A stretch of 36,006 nucleotides of DNA from Squatina squatina (lineage: Eukaryota): contig JARFOE010000016.1 of the NCBI GenBank assembly GCA_031763465.1, positions 6,971,430-7,007,435 of the forward strand, in the 5' to 3' direction. The position numbers and the translations under genes were made by a program. The notes beneath the pieces are model-generated. The model did no database searches and was not told the origin of the DNA. It saw nothing but the letters and a program-made list of their open reading frames with translations. Shown in pieces: positions 1 to 11,989 of the stretch (position 1 is its first letter; the number at the start of each line of letters is the position of its first letter).

Positions 1-35
1 GAATGAGAACATGTATGAATGAAAATTACTGTTGC

Positions 36-200
36 AGACCACACTCCTGCAGTCCTGATCTTATCACACTGCTGCAAATGCTACCCCACAGCAGGATTCA
101 TCTCTACCTCCGAGCAACCAGCGCAGTTGCAAATTGGTGAAGGCCTGGGATGAGGTCACTGGCATGAACAACCACAGAAGGAACTTAGTCTAGTGGAAGG
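36..200 (+). mobile_element. Decayed PIF/Harbinger Myb/SANT-like ORF remnant
   Basis: Reads RPHSCSPDLITLLQMLPHSRIHLY, then after a frameshift PSNQRSCKLVKAWDEVTGMNNHRRNLV*WK. This resembles the Harbinger Myb-like pattern PRFSxxELxxLLxxVxxRxxxLY...AWxEVAxxV...RxxxQC. Recognised by eye only. Confidence 0.4.
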
Positions 201-3200
201 GAACAAAAGGGAGTAAATATAGGGATTTCATTACCTCAGAATTAAAAAATGACAATGATCTATTTTCACACTGGAGATGCAATACATTGTACATGGCTAA
301 ATGCTGCAAAAGAGTTATTGTGAATTTGACAACTGTGATTAGCTTGAAGCCAATGTGCCCTCTATTTTCTTCCTTACAAATAATTAAGCAGAAGACATTC
401 AGCACAGCAGTGCCTCTGGTCCTAGCTGCCAAAAGAGCTGTGTTTAGTAACACTAAAGATGGCAGCAGGCAGACTGAGTCCACCGTGACTTTACTACAAA
501 CAATGTTTTGACAGGAACCAACAGCTGGATCCAAATCTGCTCCTGTCGCAAAGATCGCACAAGTCTCAGAACAATCAAATTNNNNNNNNNNNNNNNNNNN
601 NNNNNNNNNNNNNNNNNNNNNNNNNNNNNNNNNNNNNNNNNNNNNNNNNNNNNNNNNNNNNNNNNNNNNNNNNNNNNNNNNATGTATAGGGAAAGGAGAC
701 TCCACTGATGCAGGAATTAAGTAATTACCATTTAAATTTTGGGTTTTGACTGGCATCAATATTTATGCATTTGAAAAGCCTCCATGCATAATTTATGAGA
801 AAACGATGGCAGTTACTGCATTTAATCAGATCAGCAAACACTGCAGATACTTCAAACCTAGTGATGTACTGGTTGTAGGTAATCAGCCACTCTGAAGATG
901 CCAATGTTCGTCAGTCCGAAGTTGTCACTTTCCATGAAACTCAACATTGTTCATTTAGCAACCTAGTTAATTAAACGAGTGTCTGGATTGATACGCTACT
1001 ATACAACTATTTACATACGTATGGATTTAAAGCGGTTTCCTGTATAAAGTAAAACAGTTTCTCTGAAATGCACTCAAGTATCAGACAAAGAAAAAGTTCC
1101 AGCTCAATTGCAATTGTCATAGTGCAAGTATTTGTAAAACTGAACCAGCAGATGAAGGATGCGGAATACAAAGATTCAAATCTATATCTCAATTCAAAAC
1201 TCCAGCTTGACTTCAAAAAAAAAAATTCCTTTAAGCATGTACTTTTTAAAATGTTGCACACCAGTAAGATAATTATCAAACTCGCCCAAGTTTAATNNNN
1301 NNNNNNNNNNNNNNNNNNNNNNNNNNNNNNNNNNNNNNNNNNNNNNNNNNNNNNNNNNNNNNNNNNNNNNNNNNNNNNNNNNNNNNNNNNNNNNNNTGGA
1401 TTATGTGCCATGCCCATGTCCGTGGCAATAGCTCAAACCTTCCACTACAAACTAACAGTTAATATATTCACAATTTGAATCGATTCCACTTCCATCTGTG
1501 AGGAGGAGCTCTCTTCTGAACCACCTGACAAGTGAATGAGGTCAAGCATAAATTATAAAATGTTATTGATGGCCATTACTGTCTCAGTGATGTGGAAATG
1601 CATCATGTTGAAATCCCATCTGCTCTTAATTCAGTATATACATAACATTGTGTGTTTAGACATAAATAAATCTACACCAAACTGGACAGCATACTAATAG
1701 AAGTGTTCATCTGTGCTCTATCACTTTAACTCACACCTATCTCAATGTTGCATTAATAAGAATATATTTTTAGAACTATGAAGTTTTTCAGTCAGATTGA
1801 CCTGTTGTGTTGTGGAACTAATGCTGTGATCCATCAACCAACCCTCGCAGACGTCTGCTACTGCCACACTAGAACACATTAAGGGTTTGCCCCATGGGAC
1901 ATATTATCAGCCGGCTTACCATAATATTGCACTTACATAACATGCCCAATAGTTGCTTATAAAAATGATTAGCAGAAAAGAGCACCTTGGACGGTTGCAC
2001 TGCCAATGCAAATTACAACAGAGGTCTTCTACAAACAGGGTTTTCTTTCAGACCGCTACAGCCTACAACCCATGCCACTGCAGAGCACACGGATCCAATC
2101 ACGGTGCATTGATGGTTAATAAAAAGGTTTATTTAGAGAGAGGACAAAGGGTTACGAATCAGAGCACTGGGCTCAGGCTGGATAAAACAGAAACTGAAGC
2201 ACAGACGGAGAGATTTAAAAGGATTGCACTCTCTACACTAGCATTTTATAAAGAAACGCTTGTGCTGCAAATTACAACAATTAGCAAACAACAACAGTTC
2301 TTTTTCAGCTGGCTGATTTAACCACTCAGCTATTCACCTAAAATGAGACTATAACTCGCCAAGCACCCAAGNNNNNNNNNNNNNNNNNNNNNNNNNNNNN
2401 NNNNNNNNNNNNNNNNNNNNNNNNNNNNNNNNNNNNNNNNNNNNNNNNNNNNNNNNNNNNNNNNNNNNNNNNNNNNNNNNNNNNNNNNNNNNNNNNNNNN
2501 NNNNNNNNNNNNNNNNNNNNNNNNNNNNNNNNNNNNNNNNNNNNNNNNNNNNNNNNNNNNNNNNNNNNNNNNNNNNNNNNNNNNNNNNNNNNNNNNNNNN
2601 NNNNNNNNNNNNNNNNNNNNNNNNNNNNNNNNNNNNNNNNNNNNNNNNNNNNNNNNNNNNNNNNNNNNNNNNNNNNNNNNNNNNNNNNNNNNNNNNNNNN
2701 NNNNNNNNNNNNNNNNNNNNNNNNNNNNNNNNNNNNNNNNNNNNNNNNNNNNNNNNNNNNNNNNNNNNNNNNNNNNNNNATTTGTTAAATAAATACATTT
2801 TTCTATTATTTTTGAAACAGGACAATCTGGTGATACAAGAGGCTGCTGCACATTCTGAAGGCAATCAATAACATATAGAAAGAGAGTACATCAAAACCAA
2901 TGTTTACTGCAAAACCCTAGACAACAGCATCATGTGACACCACTGAGGGACAATGGGGGTGACTGAAGCCCACATTCAGCACTACAAATTTTACACCACC
3001 CCAACCAAATAATCAGTTTAAACCTCGGAGAAACAGGTCTCAGTCGCAAAATACAATGCTAACTCAGTGGGGGACAAAAACCCTGCTGAAGCTTCCTTCA
3101 GCAAGTCAAGTTGGTAATCAATCATCTTCAGCAATCACCAGCATGATATTACTCCAAGAACTGGGGGGAATTACATCTAACCCACAAGTATTGCTCGAGG

Positions 3201-4166
3201 CTGAAGCTGATAATGGTTTCAACTAGAAAGGCCAAGAAACAAATAAGCTGATCATTCATACTACAGGACAGGCTTGGCTGTCCTGGAAGCTGAGGACTGC
3301 ACCGTAGGAGGTAATGAGTCAGATGACTGACAGTCTTGGTGCTGGAGATAATCACAACTGGAAAGCAACATCAAGAGCAGAGCTAAATGCAGATTCTGAT
3401 GGGGAGACCCAGAGATTTTTTTTTTTTTAAACACAACTTACGACCTCAAATATTTGATTCTGAAAAGATACATCATTGTCTTGGATATCAATGATGATTA
3501 AAAAGGACAGTTTCTTCCACCTCTGACCGTCATAAAAGGCAGCAAGCAGGNNNNNNNNNNNNNNNNNNNNNNNNNNNNNNNNNNNNNNNNNNNNNNNNNN
3601 NNNNNNNNNNNNNNNNNNNNNNNNNNNNNNNNNNNNNNNNNNNNNNNNNNTTTTAGTTTGCTATTCCAAGAGAAGATGCACTTTGCTATAATATAACATT
3701 TCACGCACCCAACTATCTTAAACAGGAAGAAAATCAAATCGAATGCCACCAAAATCTCCGCACTTTAAAGTACTGACATCAGTCGGAAAATTCAGCTGAA
3801 ACAAAATTCCACAGGCTGCTACACCATATACAATGTCTTTTCCAAAAGCATCTACTTCCCAACTCTTCACATAAGTTCCACTTGCGTACTATTTTTATAA
3901 ATCCCATTTGACAGAATTTGACTGAAAACCACACTGAGGTTTTAAGCCAAAATCATTGAACTGACAAAAGCCAGAATGGAACCTGTGTCATATTCTCAGG
4001 CCATGACTGTCAAATTCTGCACTCCTAACTCTTACAAAATTCAAAATTATGTCCTTCGAGTGCAAGAATAAATTGCACATTTAAGTCTAATTATTAGCCC
4101 ACGAAATGTTGTCACTAGTATAATCTATCTGCAGTACTAAGGCTGGATGTTATCAGGAGATTGGAA

Positions 4167-4610
4167 CATATAGAATCATACAACACAGAAGGAGGCCATT
4201 TAGCCCATTGTGTTTGTGCCGGCTCTTTGAAAGAGCTATCCAATTAGTCCCAACCCCTGCTCTTTCCTTTAAGTAAACTTTCCTTTTCCAAGTGTATATC
4301 CAATTCCCTTTTGAAAGTTATTATTGAATCTGCTTCCATCAGCCTTTCAAGCAATGCATTAAAGATCACAACAATTCACTGTGTAAAAAATCCTCATTTC
4401 TCCTCTGGCTCTTGTCAATTATCTCAAATCTGTCTCTCCTGGTTGCCATCCCTATTTGCTCTATCAATACCCCTCTATTAAAAATCCCCTTAAGCTTCTC
4501 TGCTCTAAAAAGAACAATCCCAGCCTCCAGTATCTCCAGATAACTGAAGTCCTTCATTCCTGGTACTATTCTGGGACATCTCCTCTGCACCCTCTCCAAG
4601 GCCTTGACAT
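4167..4610 (-). mobile_element. CR1-clade LINE 3' end (5'-truncated, internally deleted)
   Basis: Minus-strand ERVQRRCPRIVPGMKDFSYLE matches the CR1 ORF2 C-terminus (ERVQRRFTRMVPGM..FSY.ERL). The 3' UTR and tail appear on + as catatagaatcata...ggaggccatttagccc. Confidence 0.9.
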
Positions 4611-5325
4611 AGTAGCACTATTCAGTAAGACATAAATTACATTCAGTTGAGGGACTAACTGCTAAATGCAAGTCTTATTGGGAGCTTTCGCCCCAGGATT
4701 TTCTTCTGCCAGCAACCGAATCTTGTAACGTCAAGACCCACTTCCTTTGTGCTGATCGGGCAACATTTAACATTGGCCTTCCTCTGACACGCTGCAGTCA
4801 TTGCTCCCAATCTATGGCAATTCAGTTATTACTGGAAAATGACTAGCCGAACCACGCAAAACAAGAGTGAAAGAGCACTCTTCCTGCCCAATCTTTCCAT
4901 TGTGTAATATCTGCTATTTTTACACAATAGACCTAGGTTTTTTTTTAAAAAAAGACTGCACTCATCCCTTACACTGTACTTTGTTCAGTTTACAGCCCAG
5001 CTCACCATGGTATCAAGCCACGCCCAGCTTCTATGCCATTGAGCTCTTTTCAGTCATGGCTATGCAATGTACTGTAAAGTCTTTTGTACAATGTACAAAC
5101 ATTAAGAACAAGGTCACCTCTGTTTCTCACTTGAAAGCCTGTAATCAGTTCATTTACTGCATTTAGTCATTTAGTCAAACAAAGTCGGTAGTTACTAGCC
5201 AGCTGCAGCATTTCTAGATTACTAANNNNNNNNNNNNNNNNNNNNNNNNNNNNNNNNNNNNNNNNNNNNNNNNNNNNNNNNNNNNNNNNNNNNNNNNNNN
5301 NNNNNNNNNNNNNNNNNNNNNNNNN

Positions 5326-5575
5326 AGGAAGAGCAGAGGAGCTATTCCTGGTGTCCTGGCCAACATTTATCTCTTAACCACTGTCACTAAAATAAATGAT
5401 CTGATCATTTATCTCAATGTTGTTTCTGGAACCTTGTGCACAAATTGACTGCTATGTTTCCCTATATTACAACAGTGACTATACTTCAAGAAGTGCTTCA
5501 TTGGCTGTTAAGCACTGTGGGGCATCCTGAGGCCATGACAGGTGCTAAATAAATCCACGTTCCTTCTTTCTTTTC
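5326..5575 (+). mobile_element. Deu-domain SINE (SacSINE1/AmnSINE1-like), 3' part
   Basis: gaagagcag...ggtgtcctggccaacatttatc...caaattgactgctatgtttccctatattacaacagtgactatacttcaa...cattggctgttaagcactgtggggcatcctgagg...tctttcttt matches the Deu domain plus L2-like tail as recalled. The 5' part runs into a gap. Confidence 0.8.
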
Positions 5576-6419
5576 AGTCTGACAATGGGGTAAAAATCTG
5601 GCAGAAACAAGTTCCTCTCCAATTGTGCTATGTTTGTGAGTCCCCTGCTGCCAGTAAGTCCTGATAATGCCAGAAAACCCGAAGAAATTCAAGGGCAATA
5701 TATTTTTAATGATGTTGAATATTATGTGTAATACGAAAGTGACTAAAAACCACAAATCATAACTGCATGTTTGATTCTTTTCCTAGTGCCATAGTTACCT
5801 AGGATCTTGGAGTTATCTTTGAAGGCTATTTGAGGTCTGACTCAAAATAAAAATACCAATGACAGTCAATACAGCTTCATGCCAAAGAAAGCAGTGAATG
5901 CAGCAAAAATCACTGACACTGCTGTGACTCGTAAATGACTGTCAAAGCTTCGTGGGCCTATTATTGAATTTAAATTACCCTTTGAAATGGCAGAATGCGA
6001 CACAATATATATTNNNNNNNNNNNNNNNNNNNNNNNNNNNNNNNNNNNNNNNNNNNNNNNNNNNNNNNNNNNNNNNNNNNNNNNNNNNNNNNNNNNNNNN
6101 NNNNNNNNNNNNNCTCGAATAAAACAGAATCATCTAATTCGTCTGAACTTCTTAACAGCAATGAACCTCCAAGAATCTCTGCCATCAGTTGACAGTAGAC
6201 TCACTGGACACTTTTATTGCAAAGTGAACTCAACAGAATTCTCACTCTTACTAGAAGCACATCACAAAGGGTAGACATATATTTTTAAGTCAGAGGTCCA
6301 CTTTTATGTTTTTCGGCTGTATGTGCTTTATTTATTACCTCTAGAAATCTAGCGCAGTTGGCCATTTAGACATTGCAATTTATTCAACCTTGCCTGAGGA
6401 CCACACATTCAGCACACAT

Positions 6420-6612
6420 GAAGTTTCCAACTGAAGCAGTGGTCTGGAAATGGAACCCTGTCAGATAATTTTCTCCTCCCTGGGTCAGTGACACTGAGGT
6501 TAATTGCAACAGTCCTGCTAATTCAATAAAAACCAGGGACTGAACTTGGTATTTACCTGGAATATATGGCTCAGCTACTCACTGGATAAACTTGCTGAAC
6601 CATGGCAAGAGC
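6420..6612 (-). mobile_element. Old tRNA-derived SINE fragment
   Basis: The reverse complement begins atggttcagcaagttt...gctgagccatatattccaggtaaataccaagttcagtccctgg, with degenerate A-box and B-box spacing typical of a SINE head. Confidence 0.5.
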
Positions 6613-8647
6613 AGACATAGTTGAAGGANNNNNNNNNNNNNNNNNNNNNNNNNNNNNNNNNNNNNNNNNNNNNNNNNNNNNNNNNNNNNNNNNNNNNNNN
6701 NNNNNTGTTGGGTTCAGTGGTGTGAGGTGAGTGTTTTATTGTTATACTACCATCAATATCTTGAACTTAGAGCAATACACTTATGAAACATGAAATATCC
6801 CCAAGTATGAGGTAATCTTTGAATATTACCATGTACAATGATGAGGTTGATAAATCAAGAGCCAGGGAGCCAATTTAGTCAGAATTCTTTTCATTAGCTC
6901 AGAGGATTTCTAAATTAACTCCAGATCCATCAAATACAATAACCATTTTTGCTTCATAGTCTCTGTCACTCAGCAGCTTCATTCCGATTTTTCTAATACT
7001 TCTCTCCTTCATTACGAATCAAATAAAAATGACAGAAGCACGGTAATTGATGGTGAAAATGTTCGATTCTAAGTTGCATCAATCAAAATCTGGAGCTTCA
7101 CTCAATGCAGGAAAAGGTCAGCCATCCCACAGCAAACTACTTTACAGCTTAACAGTAAATGCTGAATAATTCATTTTGTAGTCAAAGTTCGTGAAAACTT
7201 CTGTCTTCTCATAGAAATTACTATGGCAAATCAGACTCAGTCCTGCATCCATTTGAGGTGTGGCCTGTGGGATGGTCGCTTTGGCTGCCTGCCTCTTTTC
7301 CGTGGTCTTGTCCGGGCCTTGGCGGGGGGCCCTCGGGAAGGAGCATGCTTTGAGGCCTTCTGCAACCGGTGAGCACCACAGGGACTGGAGTACATAGTGG
7401 ATATTGGCAACAAGATTATTTAAGTTTACAAGTTTCCTTGGTCCTTAGTTCCTTAGTAGTTGTGAGCCTCTAAAATGGAGGCACTTTGGTTTGATAACGC
7501 TGGCTCCTTATAGATTCATTCGAAAAGGCATCTATCTGATACAGATGAAGTATATGCTGGGGGCAGAGCTTGATCCAGCCATGACACACGCCCCGTGATC
7601 ACCACTGTGGCCGGGCACTGCGCCACAGGCAGGGCCGCCTAAAATCGGCCCAATAGACAGGCTTTAAATATGCCCTAACCTGCAAAAATGAAATCTTTTT
7701 GAATACATCGCAACAAAAGTGTTGCCAATACATTGAGAAAACAATTTCCGTATTGGGTTAGGACATCCTCCGTGCCATTAGGACAAGAACGGGAGTTTGG
7801 CAAACTGTGCAACCCTTGTGTCAACAGTGATTTATTTTTAACTGTTCATCTCCGTGGCAGCAAGACCACATCTCCCCATGAATACAGAATGCACAGTCAG
7901 TCGGTTGGTGCAACATCAAATTGTAACAAGAAGGAAAGTATGTTAATGTGCAGCATAATTAAGACACACCTGCGACTGTCATCAATCTTCAGTAGCTGTA
8001 TAAAAGATAAAATAAAGCAGAGACAAGAAGCTGTATTTATATTAAATTGTTGCTGGTAGCAACCCTGATTTCGATGGCAGTTCTATAATATAAATCAGTG
8101 CCGCAAGTGTCTCTGGCTGTGGACTACCTCAAGAGATTCCCCTCCCCTCCCCCCACCCTCTGTGCAAGCAGAAGCACAACGCTGACAGCAGAAAATATGA
8201 ACAGTTGCCTTTAGCAATACTCAACATCACACCCTGTCTTTTTTCCCCCAGCCACGGCTGATCCTGCCTGCTCAAAATCTACATTATTGAATCCTTAACA
8301 GTTTCATTTCTACAAAAAACTTTCCTTCACCTAAACGATCACGTTTCATAAAATGGTTGATCTCCTACAGTTTTCTTCATGATTAGTCTGGCAGGGCTTG
8401 AAACGGACGCCCAATTCGTGAGATTGCTCGATTTACACTCCCAACCTGTGGAGAAGTGGGCTAACTAGGCCCTGAGATCACTTTAAGGCTAATTATTGTT
8501 TTTGCTGAAAGTTTCTCTAAATTGGTACCAGCTTAGAATGTGTACTTGGGAAGAGGCTGCACTATCGCAGGCAGAAAAAAACCCAGCAGGGAATGATTGG
8601 GTTTCCTTCTTTTTTTGAAAACTTTCTTTCAAAGGTTGTTTATGTGA

Positions 8648-8772
8648 AATGTGCCAGTGTTTTATATAAAAATGTGATGGCTGGAGAGTGATGGATGTTT
8701 TCAGGACATCCCAAAGCACTTTACAATTTATGGACTCCATTAGAAGTGCAGTCACTGTTGTTATGGAGACAA
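8648..8772 (-). mobile_element. Deu-SINE/L2-type 3' tail fragment
   Basis: tcaggacatcccaaagcactttaca...gaagtgcagtcactgttgttatg is the reverse complement of the tail seen at about 5465-5535. Confidence 0.65.
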
Positions 8773-9104
8773 AGATTTGACCATAAATCTTTGTAATTCT
8801 TAGCACCTTCATTTATATTTTTAACTAGCTATTTATCCAGCTTTTTTTGCTGATTTTCTTTTTCCTCAGTTCCTGAAGGAGCTGACTTCTGTTGGNNNNN
8901 NNNNNNNNNNNNNNNNNNNNNNNNNNNNNNNNNNNNNNNNNNNNNNNNNNNNNNNNNNNNNNNNNNNNNNNNNNNNNNNNNNNNNNNNNNNNNNNCATTT
9001 TCTTTGAGGGAGGAGATGGTGGGCTGTTGGATGGATGTACCCCAAAGCCTGGGAGTACCTGGATAAGTGAATTAATTTACAGTGTTAGTTTAGCAAAAAA
9101 CTGA

Positions 9105-9300
9105 AAATGGGCAGTAATTTGGGGCCCCTACGGGTGCGTGCAAGGTGCATATGCGCCCGTAGGGGCCGCGCAAGTTCCGAGTTTAGGCATGCACTGCAAA
9201 ACCCAGAACTTGCGATCTGTCAAGAATTCTCTTGATAGACCACATCCATCCCCGGGAAAAGGGCATCCGTGGGTCATTTGCCCAAATTCTGCCGAGCGAA
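9105..9300. mobile_element. Palindrome-rich non-autonomous DNA element (MITE-like) with three consecutive hairpins
   Basis: Hairpins at 9123-9167, 9169-9214 and 9216-9239 form a GC/CpG-rich island in AT-rich DNA. The hairpins are directly visible, and the MITE call is inference. Confidence 0.5.
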
Positions 9301-10226
9301 TGTCCGCTTGACGGCTGGGAGGTAATAGTCCCCAATTCAAATCTGGCTTAAATGGGCCATGATTACCATCAGCAAAAATAGACCAATTCCAGTCTTAGCC
9401 ATTCAAATAATTTTTACTTGAATTGATGATTTGGAATGGCAGTCTTCAGTTAAAGTGATATTTCATATTAAGTCGTGGAGTCACAGTAATGGTATTTTGC
9501 TGCCAGTGGTAATGAACCCCAATCTGCATTAAATAGGCAGTAGTTGTACTGCACGTAAGACAATCCAGATCAGTAGGCCTTCAGCATTAATATTCTGTTT
9601 TATTCTTGTTATGTATCAGGATCTCAAGACATAAAAATTCTGATAGCCTAAACATCATACAAAATGAGGGGAGGAAGTATCATTACTATCTTTGTGTTAT
9701 GTTAAAATGTACTTTAAACACAGTGCAAATCCCAAAATATTTCAACACATTGATCTTCTATTAGTATATGGTAAACGAAATATTATAACAGCAAGAGAAC
9801 CCACAACATTTTTACGTCAGTCTCATTCCTACAGCTCAGTTTGGGAGTACAATGTTTTATTATTTACAGCTTTGCTATGAAGCATGTGACGAATGGCTTC
9901 ATCCACTGAGAATGCCTAGTTGCTTCAACATCCAGCCAGTAAACAAGGTCATATTTCCTTTGCAATATCGCTACAGAAATATGATGAATGCTGAATGAGA
10001 TTCCCACTTGCAGAGCATTGTGCCGAATCTGAGAAGAAAGCCCCACACTTCATTTTAATTTTAAAAAATAATACCCTGCGCGTCTCTCAAATGAATAATT
10101 GATAAATGCACGAGCTGTGTGCCTTTCGCCACCCCAGCACCAAGTGGTCAGATCACGTAGGCACAGGGCAGCACTCGGTTAATCAAACTGAAGGCAAGTC
10201 TGATAGCTTCAGGATGTGTCTCCATT

Positions 10227-10324
10227 CACCTCCAATCCCGCACTCTCTCTCTCTCTTTCCATCTCAGTCTCCACTCTCTCTCTCCTTCCACCTCCAATCC
10301 CACAATCTCTCTCCTTCCATCTCA
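10227..10324 (+). repeat. Two-copy imperfect tandem repeat (period about 62 nt) with (CT)n cores
   Basis: cacctccaatcccgcactctctctctctctttccatctca at 10227 and cacctccaatcccacaatctctctccttccatctca at 10289. Confidence 0.75.
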
Positions 10325-10430
10325 TAAGTGGCACAGTGGACAGCGCACTCCCCGCTGAAGCAGGAGGTTGTGGGTCGAGCCCCACTCCAAGGACGTGAGC
10401 ACAGGAATCCAGGCTGACGCTCCAGTGCAA
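10325..10430 (+). mobile_element. Deu-SINE (SacSINE1-like) 5' tRNA-derived head
   Basis: A-box-like tggcacagtgg and B-box-like gggtcgagccc, then cactcca...tgagcacaggaatccaggctgacgctccagtgca as in the SacSINE1 head/Deu junction. Truncated by a gap. Confidence 0.75.
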
Positions 10431-11504
10431 NNNNNNNNNNNNNNNNNNNNNNNNNNNNNNNNNNNNNNNNNNNNNNNNNNNNNNNNNNNNNNNNNNNNNN
10501 NNNNNNNNNNNNNNNNNNNNNNNNNNNNNNGCGGATCACCACCACCTGGTGTTTACGGGGCACTAACACTACTGATTCTATTTTGAGGCCATTACAGCCC
10601 AGCGAGGGACAAGCACAATCAACCCCATTAATACAATAAATATTGCCATAAATGGAAATGGTTTTGCTGGTTTGTTGAGGATAGCGATATCCAAATATAT
10701 TCCTTTGTAATGATTTCTGTTGAGACATAGAGGGGCAGCAATCACAGCAGCACCTTCAGCTTTGCTGGAGATAACCCTCAAATCAAATTAATTCATAGCT
10801 ATGTCCATACTTACATCGATTAAAATGAATTTTAAGCATTAGCTGTCAGATGCATTGTGCTCAGTAAAATGTTAGTGCTTAATAATTTACCAGTCTCAGC
10901 CACATGAATCCTACAGAAGTTGTTCAATATGTTTTACAAAACAGCTGTCTAGTGCAAAGGACAGAGCTTCCTTGGACAGGATGCGAACATAAAGAAACAC
11001 AAAGGGACAGTTTATCTGAAGTTAAATGATGCCCACCTTAAACTTCAAAATGTAATACAAAACGCAATGGGTTATTTGTAATTAAATTTCCAATAATGTC
11101 TTTCTGCCTTGATCCAGCAGAACACATCTTGGATTCCTATCATTTCGAATGGTATTCTAGAATTGAAAAGGTTAAACTTAGGACCAAATTCTTACAAATG
11201 AGTCACTATGTCTCTGGTGCTTGAGACAGATTTGTTCATATTTGGCTGTGTCTGCAGCCAAGTCAGTCCACCCATCCAGAGAAGGCCAGCCTGAGGTATG
11301 CCAGTATTTGAGTACAAACTGCTTTGCAAGTGTCGTCAGCAGGCAAAATCTCTCTATACATATTTTTTGAAAATATCGAGGACTTCAGACTCATCTCTTT
11401 AAATNNNNNNNNNNNNNNNNNNNNNNNNNNNNNNNNNNNNNNNNNNNNNNNNNNNNNNNNNNNNNNNNNNNNNNNNNNNNNNNNNNNNNNNNNNNNNNNN
11501 NNNN

Positions 11505-11660
11505 AGACATATTTTTGATAAACAGGAGAGTCAAACGTGATGGGGAACAGGCAGGAAAGTGGAGTTGAGGCCAGAATCAGATCGGCCATGATCTCATTGA
11601 AATGAAGAGCAGGCTCGAGGGGTCGAAAGGCCGACTCCAGCTCCTATTTCTTAGGTTCTT
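11505..11660 (+). mobile_element. CR1 LINE 3' UTR
   Basis: atggggaacaggcaggaaagtggagttgaggcc...gatcggccatgatctcattgaa...gcaggctcgaggggtcgaaaggccgactccagctcctatttcttaggttctt is a typical CR1 terminus with tail. It is homologous to 22930-22990 and to the reverse complement of 35930-36006. Confidence 0.85.
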
Positions 11661-11989
11661 CTGTTCACCAGTCTTTCCTCTTTATTCCTCCCCTCTATTC
11701 CTCACTCTTTATTCTCCCCAAGTTGCTTTGCACTATTTGTTCCACTCAATTCCTTGCTTTTTCTCTCTTCTCCTCCCTTCACGCTCCTCCATTTCACGAC
11801 TCTGTATTCCTCTCTCCTTCTTCCTCTCATTCGTGTCTCCTTCCCCCTTGTTTGTTAGTCCACTCTGTCCTCATTTGTTTAAGATAAAAGGAATGAAGAC
11901 AAATTATAAGAACGATAATGGAGAAGATCGTGCTGGCTTGGGGATCTTGTGGCGCATCCTGTGAGTTCTATCTTTTTCCTCAGCCTCCG

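Noticed and set aside
3010-3400. Possible Gypsy integrase C-terminal relic (FKPGE..V / WK.HQ.Q-like)
   Set aside because: It needs several assumed frameshifts and is too weak to call without a search.
11602-11964. 120-aa hydrophobic ORF
   Set aside because: It is the translation of a CR1 tail plus a low-complexity C/T-rich tract.
11918-11966. ATG...GTGAGT as a candidate SLC25A26 exon 1
   Set aside because: MEKIVLAWGSCGAS does not resemble the SAMC N-terminus, and the donor is phase 1 rather than 0.
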